From contig JAKURQ010000005.1 in NCBI GenBank assembly GCA_022449785.1, positions 1-48,397 of the forward strand: a stretch of 48,397 nucleotides of DNA, read 5' to 3'. Positions 9,258-16,441 of the stretch are shown here, piece by piece (position 1 is the first letter of the stretch; each line of letters opens with the position of its first letter). Source of the stretch: Candidatus Poseidoniia archaeon. GTDB lineage: Archaea; Thermoplasmatota; Poseidoniia; MGIII; CG-Epi1. The translations under genes were made by a program, and so were the position numbers. Below the pieces are notes generated by a model. That model was not told where the DNA came from. It searched no databases and saw only the letters and a program-made list of their open reading frames with translations.

Positions 9258-11366
9258 CTAGCCTGAGATTTCGTACTTCGTATCGTAGTACGTGCTTATT
9301 CCTGGAATAGCAGCAATAAGACTACTATAGGAACCAAGATGTTCCTGTGCATTTGCTTCTACTAATCCTGGAGTTCCCAAGACATTTGCTAAAATGTTTC
9401 CACCACATGCATTTTCATTCGATTCAGAATCAACCTGATGTGTAATTATATTATAGCATCCAGTATAAGTTTCACCTTGCATTTCATAGTCTACAACATA
9501 CATTTCATTATTCAGTGCAAGAAGGGCATTCAGAATTGCAGTTCTAGTTTGAACATTTAAATTTTCAGGGTTATACATTACAGGGTGTGATGGAGCTTGC
9601 CCAAAGGCAGGTAGAGCTACATATTCATCCCGTGGTAAACACCAATCTTCATTAAGACTAGAATCTTCATTTCCACAATATCCATCCACAGTTGAATCTT
9701 TAGCAAATGCAACATCACCAACACCTTCAGACAAACATTTTACAGCTCCAGAATAGCCGTAGTATGTTGTTCCAGAGTCAGGTATGCTTGCATCTTCATT
9801 GAAGAAAGCGTGAATTGTATCTCTTAAAGATTCGATATCATCATCGTCTCCAACTACTTCTGCATATTCATTAGAAATCAAGTATCCCATAGGTAGCAAC
9901 ATTCCTGCAGATTTCAACCATCCAGTATGACATGAGGTCTTACCTTCAAGTAATGCAAATGGATCGGTACTGTCATCGTCATCTTGGTAAGCAGCAGCCA
10001 TCTCAGAATCTTTGTGAACCCATGCGTGTGCATTGTAGTAAGTTCTACCATCTGATTTTTTGTCAGCAGCCATTGTAGCTAAGCCATATTGCTTCCAACC
10101 AACCCATGCAGCTCCTCCATCCATAAATGCAATGTCTGCGTTACCGAATCTTAATGCTTCGATTATTGCACCTTCTGAAGTTACAGGATACAATGTTACT
10201 TCTACACCAGTTTCAGCTGCTATGAAATCTGCTAAAGCTTGTGGGTTTTCTTCAGGGCTTCCTGAGTAATCATCTTTTAGTTCAAAAGCAATTCTAATCT
10301 CTGAAATTGTTGGAGTTACAGTTTCATTTATTGAGAATTTATCGCTATAATAAGCATTGATTCCAGGAATGTCTCCTATTAATCCACCGTAAGATCCTAG
10401 ATGAGTAGCTGCGTCTGTTGTAACAATACCAGGAGTTCCTAGAACTGCGTCAAGAATGGCAGTTCCTTCATCGTTATCTTTCATTCCAACAAGAGCATCT
10501 TGAACTTTTGTTTTTGTGTCATCATTTACAAATTCAGGATTATACATTACAGGATGTGAAGGTGCTGAACCGTAAGAAGGAAGTAAGATGTAATCATCTT
10601 CTGGAAGACACCAGTCTTCATTATCAGCAGCATTTTCATTTCCACAATAACCTGGAACAGTTGAGTCTTTCGCAAAGGCCACATCTCCGACCCCTTCAGA
10701 AAGACACTTTACAGCACCAGAATAACCATAGTATGTTGTTCCAGAGTCAGGTATGCTTGCATCTTCATTGAAAAAGTTAGTTACAGTACTTCTTAATGAT
10801 TCAATGTCATTAGGATCGCCTACAACGTTTGCATATCCATTACCAATAAGGAAACCCATTGGCAACAACATTCCAGCAGATTTCAACCAACCAGTATGAC
10901 ATGAGGTCTTGCCTGCTAATAATGAGAAAGGATCTGTGGTATCATCATCATCTAAGTATGCTGTAGCCATTTCAGAATCTTTCAAAACAACGGCATGAGC
11001 ATCGTAGTATGTTCTGCCATCTGATTTTTGATCGGCAGCTAATGCATCAAGTCCATACTGTTGCCACCCAATCCATGCAGCAGCTCCATCCATGAATGCA
11101 ATATGAGCATTTCCAAATCTTAGTGCCTCAATTATTGCACCTTCGGATGTTATTGGATATAGTTCTACATCCATATCAAGTTCTTTGGCCAAATAATCAG
11201 CCATGACTTGTGGATTCTCATCAGGATTTTCATAATCTTCTTTTACTTCATATGCGATTATGAACTTCTCTTTTTGAGTTTCTTCATCATCACTATCCAA
11301 ACAACCAGTAAAACTGGTTAGTACGAATAGCATAGCGAGCCCAAATACAGCAGTTTTTTCCAACAT
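9258..11366 (-). CDS. bilobal transferrin-like Fe3+-binding lipoprotein (PhnD/transferrin type II PBP fold), ABC substrate-binding subunit
   Basis: Lipobox FTGC22. Two lobes 323 aa apart, each with FMDG, TYY.AHA.V.KDS, GKTSCHTGWLKSAG, YYGYSGAVKCL..GVGDVAFAK and APSHPV, the transferrin signature blocks. Confidence 0.88.
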   Translation of the reverse strand: MLEKTAVFGLAMLFVLTSFTGCLDSDDEETQKEKFIIAYEVKEDYENPDENPQVMADYLAKELDMDVELYPITSEGAIIEALRFGNAHIAFMDGAAAWIGWQQYGLDALAADQKSDGRTYYDAHAVVLKDSEMATAYLDDDDTTDPFSLLAGKTSCHTGWLKSAGMLLPMGFLIGNGYANVVGDPNDIESLRSTVTNFFNEDASIPDSGTTYYGYSGAVKCLSEGVGDVAFAKDSTVPGYCGNENAADNEDWCLPEDDYILLPSYGSAPSHPVMYNPEFVNDDTKTKVQDALVGMKDNDEGTAILDAVLGTPGIVTTDAATHLGSYGGLIGDIPGINAYYSDKFSINETVTPTISEIRIAFELKDDYSGSPEENPQALADFIAAETGVEVTLYPVTSEGAIIEALRFGNADIAFMDGGAAWVGWKQYGLATMAADKKSDGRTYYNAHAWVHKDSEMAAAYQDDDDSTDPFALLEGKTSCHTGWLKSAGMLLPMGYLISNEYAEVVGDDDDIESLRDTIHAFFNEDASIPDSGTTYYGYSGAVKCLSEGVGDVAFAKDSTVDGYCGNEDSSLNEDWCLPRDEYVALPAFGQAPSHPVMYNPENLNVQTRTAILNALLALNNEMYVVDYEMQGETYTGCYNIITHQVDSESNENACGGNILANVLGTPGLVEANAQEHLGSYSSLIAAIPGISTYYDTKYEISG
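9760..10772. repeat. intragenic direct repeat (lobe duplication, 969-nt period)
   Basis: Identical 44-mers at 9760-9803 and 10729-10772, plus high similarity across both lobes. Confidence 0.9.
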
Positions 11367-11383
11367 TTTTTTGGTTCCTAGGG

Positions 11384-11448
11384 TTTAGGCAACCCTAAAT
11401 TAGGTGAGCCTAAAAAATGATGCTATATATAGTTTAGGTTTACCTAAA
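11384..11448. promoter_or_regulatory. three DtxR/MntR-type operators (TTAGG-N4-CCTAA) in a divergent promoter
   Basis: TTTAGGcaacCCTAAA 11384-11399, ATTAGGtgagCCTAAA 11399-11414 and TTTAGGtttaCCTAAA 11433-11448. They flank TATA-like elements at about 11425-11431 and 11451-11458. Confidence 0.85.
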
Positions 11449-11478
11449 TTTTTTATAATGCCTTACCTCAGCCCAAGT

Positions 11479-12138
11479 ATGGCTAGTATGGATGCTCTAT
11501 CTGAAAGCGCAGAAATGATGATAAAGAATATCAATGAATTAGCTTCTAATGGTGAAAGAGTCCGAACCTCGGACCTTTCTGCTAAAACTGAATTGAAACC
11601 TGCCAGTGTTACAGAAATGATTCAAAGACTTGGAGAAATTGGATTAGTAGATTATGAACCGTATCACGGTGTTCATCTTACAAAACAAGGTCAACATGTT
11701 GCCGATGTAATTGATCATAGATTCAATATACTTCAAAGATTTTTAACAGAGATATTAGGCGTTGAAGCTGAAGAGGCAGCTGAAGTTGCTTGTAGAATGG
11801 AACATATATTGACAAGAGATGTTGAGAACCGGCTTAGTGATTTTTTAGGAGTCAAAAAGGGTACTGACTCAGATTTATTTTGTCATCAAGTAAATGTAGA
11901 ACCAGAAAGCGAACCTGAATTTGTCCCATTGTCTAGTTTCAAAGAAGGTAAAACAGGCAAAGTTCGTATAGTTATGGAAAAGAGTGACTTAACTTCTACT
12001 TTAGAAAAAGCTGGTTTGGCTCCAGGCCGTACAATTATTGTGAAGAAGGCTAATGGTAAATCATATGACATTGAAACAGAGGATGGTACATTGTCTCTCG
12101 ACAGTGATTTAGCATCAAAAATAATAGTACAGAATTAA
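11479..12138 (+). CDS. DtxR/MntR-family metal-dependent repressor with C-terminal FeoA (SH3-like) domain
   Basis: wHTH (VRTSDLS..KPASVTEMIQRL..GLVDYEPYHGVHLT), HR..LQRFL, ACRMEH metal site, FeoA-like tail. Start set to ATG 11479, about 25 nt after TTTTATAA; the longer ORF-track start lies inside the operators. Confidence 0.93.
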   Translation: MASMDALSESAEMMIKNINELASNGERVRTSDLSAKTELKPASVTEMIQRLGEIGLVDYEPYHGVHLTKQGQHVADVIDHRFNILQRFLTEILGVEAEEAAEVACRMEHILTRDVENRLSDFLGVKKGTDSDLFCHQVNVEPESEPEFVPLSSFKEGKTGKVRIVMEKSDLTSTLEKAGLAPGRTIIVKKANGKSYDIETEDGTLSLDSDLASKIIVQN

Positions 12139-12494
12139 TGGCTTCAAAAGGCGTTCTTTACATTATCATTAGTGGACCTGACAGTCATCAAAGAGCTATG
12201 GAAGGCCTTAGAATGGCCGAATATCAATCTGGTGACGGAACGCATGGTGTTGCACTAATGCTCCAAGGCGAAGGCGTTGAATGGCTAAGAGAAGGTGGAG
12301 AAGATTATAGAAAAGAGATCCAAACATCTATTGGAGTTGTCCATGAGCTTGGTGCACCAGTCTTTGTATGTGGTGCTTCTCTCAATGAAAGAGGGCTAAC
12401 TGCAACTATGAAGGATTATAAATTTACCAATTCATCAGCTCCTAAACGAATAAGTCAAGTTGTTAACAAAGGATGGCAACTAGCTGTTTTTTAG
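12138..12494 (+). CDS. DsrE/DsrF-like family protein
   Basis: VALMLQGEGV and VFVCGASLNERG; TAATG coupling to the regulator gene. Confidence 0.8.
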   Translation: MASKGVLYIIISGPDSHQRAMEGLRMAEYQSGDGTHGVALMLQGEGVEWLREGGEDYRKEIQTSIGVVHELGAPVFVCGASLNERGLTATMKDYKFTNSSAPKRISQVVNKGWQLAVF

Positions 12495-13955
12495 GTTCCA
12501 GAAAGAATTAAACAATTTTAGTTCGGATTCTCCCCATATGTCAAGTTTGTAAGTAGCATAAAGGAATATTAATCCATAAACAACAGAGCTTCCAATCAAA
12601 AGCAGAATGTCAGAAAGATTCAATGATAACAGAGCAATAACGGGAATTCCTGCGAGCAACGATATTACAATTATAGAGAAAATCTTTTTCCAGGGATAAA
12701 CCTCTGAAATTTTTAATTGTAATGTAGATATTGATTGGTAACTTATTAAAAACATTGAAAGCCATGTAACTGTAACAGTTGCAAATGGTATTCCAAACAA
12801 TCTATTTTCTCCTTCTAATGTTGTAATTAAGTAATAACTAAGGAATATGTTGATTGTTGACATTAAAATTGCCAATCTTAGTAAAAATTTTGTCTGCCCA
12901 CTTGCCATCAGAATCCATCCTATTCTAAATGGATAAGTTGGGAGAAGTATCATGTAAATAGTAAAAATAGGAACAGCATCTTCGAATTTTTCAGTGAACA
13001 TTGTCAGTATTAATGGTTCAGCAACTAGTATTAGAAAAATCGTTAAAGGGAAAAATAAAAAGACTAACTTTTCAACACTTTGATTATACAAATCTCTCAT
13101 TTCGGCTAAATTATTGTCTTTGTGTGCTTTGGATAAGCGAGGAGTAACGACTTGACCTGCAGATTGTACAATCCAACCAAATATAGGAGCCCATAAGGAT
13201 CCTAGATAATAAATACCAAAAATAGAAGTTGAGAAAAACATGGCAACCATGTATTTGTCTATATTTACATTTATCACTCCAATCATCGCAGTTAGGCCAA
13301 CTGGAATTCCATAAGCTAATTGTTCTTTGTAGTATGATTTCCCCGTATGTTTTTTGTTCAGATAGTTAAAATAAATATATCCTAAGACTACAATAGCCTT
13401 CAAAATTGCAGTAGCTATTATTCCATGTACCATTCCCAAAGTAGAGGGGTTAATCCATGCAGCAGAAGGCAAAACTATGATATCAATTAAAGTAAAACCA
13501 ATCATACATTGCATTGCCAATGATTCTTTACCCTCTACAACCAATAAGTTCTGAAGTGGCATCACCAAAAGCATAATTCCAGTGTATACGCCAATCAAAA
13601 ATATGAAAGGTTGAAGATGATGTTCAGGGAACATATAATTCATTAATTCCGAACCTCCCCAAGTTGCCATTACAACGAATATTGATGAAAAAGCAACTAT
13701 AGACCAAGTTTGCTTAACAAGCATCGAATGATTTTCTTTTTCACTTCTAGGATAGAAATAAAGTAATGATTGAGGTATTCCAAGCAGTAAAATGGCTTGT
13801 ATTATGGAGTAAATCATGACCAATTGTTGATATGAACCATAATCTTCTTTCAACAACAATCGAGTAAGTGCAATAGGAATGACTAAACTAATTAAGAAAG
13901 ACAAGGCTCTTCCATATATCAAAATTATAATTCTTCTAGATAGCTCCATGTTCAT
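12480..13955 (-). CDS. Wzx-type polysaccharide flippase (MOP family)
   Basis: LTRLLLKEDYGSYQ, IDKYMV, about 12-14 TM. Confidence 0.88.
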   Translation of the reverse strand: MNMELSRRIIILIYGRALSFLISLVIPIALTRLLLKEDYGSYQQLVMIYSIIQAILLLGIPQSLLYFYPRSEKENHSMLVKQTWSIVAFSSIFVVMATWGGSELMNYMFPEHHLQPFIFLIGVYTGIMLLVMPLQNLLVVEGKESLAMQCMIGFTLIDIIVLPSAAWINPSTLGMVHGIIATAILKAIVVLGYIYFNYLNKKHTGKSYYKEQLAYGIPVGLTAMIGVINVNIDKYMVAMFFSTSIFGIYYLGSLWAPIFGWIVQSAGQVVTPRLSKAHKDNNLAEMRDLYNQSVEKLVFLFFPLTIFLILVAEPLILTMFTEKFEDAVPIFTIYMILLPTYPFRIGWILMASGQTKFLLRLAILMSTINIFLSYYLITTLEGENRLFGIPFATVTVTWLSMFLISYQSISTLQLKISEVYPWKKIFSIIVISLLAGIPVIALLSLNLSDILLLIGSSVVYGLIFLYATYKLDIWGESELKLFNSFWNLKNS

Positions 13956-14107
13956 TCCCTCCTAAAATTTGGTTTGCCTTGAATATCATCTTAACTCGTA
14001 TTATCAGCTGTTCTAGGTCAATAGGGTATTATACTTATTGTGCAGGAACACTTAAGTTTAACAGTTTCAAGTTACTATAGAGAGATTATTGATGGACGGT
14101 ATATTTT

Positions 14108-14827
14108 GTGAAGGATGACGCCAATATCACATTCAGCCACAATCTAGAGGCCGTTTCTTCCGATGATGGAATGCGGTTTCAACGTGAAAAATTTTGTCCA
14201 AGGATAGAAAAGGCCAAAGACTTTCTTGGAGTGCCTATAGCCGATGCTCGAATTCTTGACATTGGAATTGGTTATGGATCTTTTTTGAATATACTCGAAC
14301 AAGATTATGGGATACGGAATTTGTTTGGGATGGATCCTTTTCCTAAGTCTCTAGAAATATCCAGAAAAAATACTAATGCAGATTTACGCCAAGGTGATAT
14401 TGACGACAAAGACTGGCCCTTTTCGGAACCTTTTGATATGATTACCTGTTTTGATGTAGTCGAGCATCTAGAGAAACCAAGTGTTTTCTTCACTAGGTCG
14501 GCCAGATATCTCAAGCCCAATGGGTTGGTGCTTGTTACCACTCCCAATAAAATGCTACCTTACCATATGAGAAAGTTACCATTTATTGGAAAGCCTGATC
14601 TTAATCCCACTCACATTAATGTCCGAGTTCCTGAATACTGGAGAAGATTGGCTATAGGTGTAGGATATAAGATTCTTGATGAGTGGATGGGAGAACATTT
14701 AACCCATATCAACTTTGTTCCCTCTATTTTGAGTGCGGCACTCAACAAAATAGGTCTTGACCCAAGGAAAATTACTGGACTAAATCATTTCCAACAATCT
14801 TTTTGTCTATTGCTCAGAAAGATTTGA
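14108..14827 (+). CDS. class I SAM-dependent methyltransferase (glycan-cluster type)
   Basis: ILDIGIGYG, FDMITCFDVVEHL, LKPNGLVLVTTPN. Confidence 0.9.
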   Translation: MKDDANITFSHNLEAVSSDDGMRFQREKFCPRIEKAKDFLGVPIADARILDIGIGYGSFLNILEQDYGIRNLFGMDPFPKSLEISRKNTNADLRQGDIDDKDWPFSEPFDMITCFDVVEHLEKPSVFFTRSARYLKPNGLVLVTTPNKMLPYHMRKLPFIGKPDLNPTHINVRVPEYWRRLAIGVGYKILDEWMGEHLTHINFVPSILSAALNKIGLDPRKITGLNHFQQSFCLLLRKI

Positions 14828-16001
14828 ATTGTTCATATAATCTAACCAATTTCTGACTTTCAACTTCCCAGCTATATTTTCCAGATGCGGCAGTCCGTCC
14901 GTTAGTCCCTAGACTCTTGCGAAGTTCAGCGTCTCCATATAATTCCTCTATTCTTGCTGCTAAGTCCTTGATGTTTCCTGATTCGAAGACTAAGCCTGCC
15001 CTCGTTTCTTTCACGATTCTTTCAAGAGGTTTACAATTGCTTACTATTACTGGTTTTCCTCCGAGCATGTACTGGAATAATTTGTGAGGTATTGTAGCGT
15101 CAGTATGAGCGTGCTTCTGGTGAGGAATTATCCCTATATCACACTCCATAATCGTGTTTGGAACTTCTTCTAGTGGTCGCCATGGAACTAAATCTATCTT
15201 GTTAGCTATCCCTAGGTCTTTTGCAATTTCTTGTAATTCCTTGGCGTAAGCTCCCTTAGCCCCTATAATTCTTAACAACAGGTTGCGGTGCTTTAACTCA
15301 ACTAATGCCTTTATGACTTCATCTAGGCCTCTATGAGGACGAACACCGCCAACATATACTATTCGAATTGTATCATCTTCGATTATGTTTGTCGTGGCAA
15401 GTGTATCGAACCATGTCTTTTCCTCTACATTCATAACAATAGTCATGTTTTCCGATTTGACGGTCTCTGATTCTTGAAGTCTATGTGCCGCTTCATCCAC
15501 TACTGTGATTACTTTGTTGGCAAGAGGGAGAATTCTCTTCTCATAGCGCTGCCACCTCCTGTAATCATCTCCAAACCATACCAGTGGATCACGAATAGTT
15601 TCACTCCATAGCTGTTTGGCCGCTGGATAATTCTCATGCATGTCCGCAACAACAGGTATGTTGAATTCTCGTGCTATTTCTATAGTTGTGCCAACTAATG
15701 GAAGATCGTGGACGTGGAGGATTTCTATGTTGTTTCTCTTTACAAAGCTTCTTATTCTATTATTCCAGAAACTACTTTTGAATGATGTTTGAAAACGAAG
15801 CCAATCTAAGCGTCTGCGAAATGAAGTAGGTGGTGCATATCTATCTGTAATTGCTCCTGAAATATTTTCCCTATTTGGTTCCGCATTCCTGCGTTCGGCA
15901 AGAACAAATAGATGGTGACCAGCTTCTATCAGAGACCTGATTTCTTTCTCGAGGCGTATATCTGGAGGATATGGCTTACACAGTATCATTCCGATATGCA
16001 T
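14814..16001 (-). CDS. GT4 family glycosyltransferase
   Basis: YPPDIRLEKE, HVHDLP, DMHENYP, YVGG, PHKLFQYM..GKPVIVS. Confidence 0.9.
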   Translation of the reverse strand: MHIGMILCKPYPPDIRLEKEIRSLIEAGHHLFVLAERRNAEPNRENISGAITDRYAPPTSFRRRLDWLRFQTSFKSSFWNNRIRSFVKRNNIEILHVHDLPLVGTTIEIAREFNIPVVADMHENYPAAKQLWSETIRDPLVWFGDDYRRWQRYEKRILPLANKVITVVDEAAHRLQESETVKSENMTIVMNVEEKTWFDTLATTNIIEDDTIRIVYVGGVRPHRGLDEVIKALVELKHRNLLLRIIGAKGAYAKELQEIAKDLGIANKIDLVPWRPLEEVPNTIMECDIGIIPHQKHAHTDATIPHKLFQYMLGGKPVIVSNCKPLERIVKETRAGLVFESGNIKDLAARIEELYGDAELRKSLGTNGRTAASGKYSWEVESQKLVRLYEQFKSF

Positions 16002-16126
16002 TGGTCATGTGTGGTTCAGCTCAATTTAAGTATTCCTTATGTATCAAAAAGACTATATTCAGGCTTCTTCCTACATTAGAATATAGTTGCTCAAAGATTT
16101 TTGGGCAAGTTTATGAGGAAACAAAA

Positions 16127-16441
16127 ATGAGTACAATAAACGTAACAGATGCCGATTTTCAAGACACACTTCAAAATAATAATTTAGTCTTAGTTGATTT
16201 TTGGGCTCCCTGGTGTGGACCATGTCGAGCAGTTGCCCCTGTTTTAGAGGAAATAGCTAGTGAGAATTCAAACGTAGTTATAGCTAAAATGAATACAGAT
16301 GAAAATCCCAATACAGCATCACAACATGGAATTATGTCAATACCAACTATGATGATTTTCAAAAATGGAGAACTTGTTGATAGATTAGTAGGGGCATTAC
16401 CAAAACCAGCTATAATGGAAAAATTACAACCGCACTTTTAA
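16127..16441 (+). CDS. trxA: thioredoxin
   Basis: VDFWAPWCGPC and SIPT. Start placed at ATG 16127 (104 aa). Confidence 0.95.
   Translation: MSTINVTDADFQDTLQNNNLVLVDFWAPWCGPCRAVAPVLEEIASENSNVVIAKMNTDENPNTASQHGIMSIPTMMIFKNGELVDRLVGALPKPAIMEKLQPHF

Noticed and set aside
7557..11366. Annotation as phosphonate transporter phnDCE
   Set aside because: The permease and ATPase are of that family, but the binding protein has full transferrin iron ligands, the context is DtxR/HmuY, and no phosphonate catabolism genes are in the window. phn symbols were withheld.
11404..11478. N-terminal extension of the DtxR ORF
   Set aside because: It runs through the operators and TATA box; ATG 11479 fits the family length and leaderless spacing.
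15971..16126. 52-aa N-terminal extension of thioredoxin
   Set aside because: It overlaps the divergent GT4 start and promoter region; the canonical domain starts at 16127.
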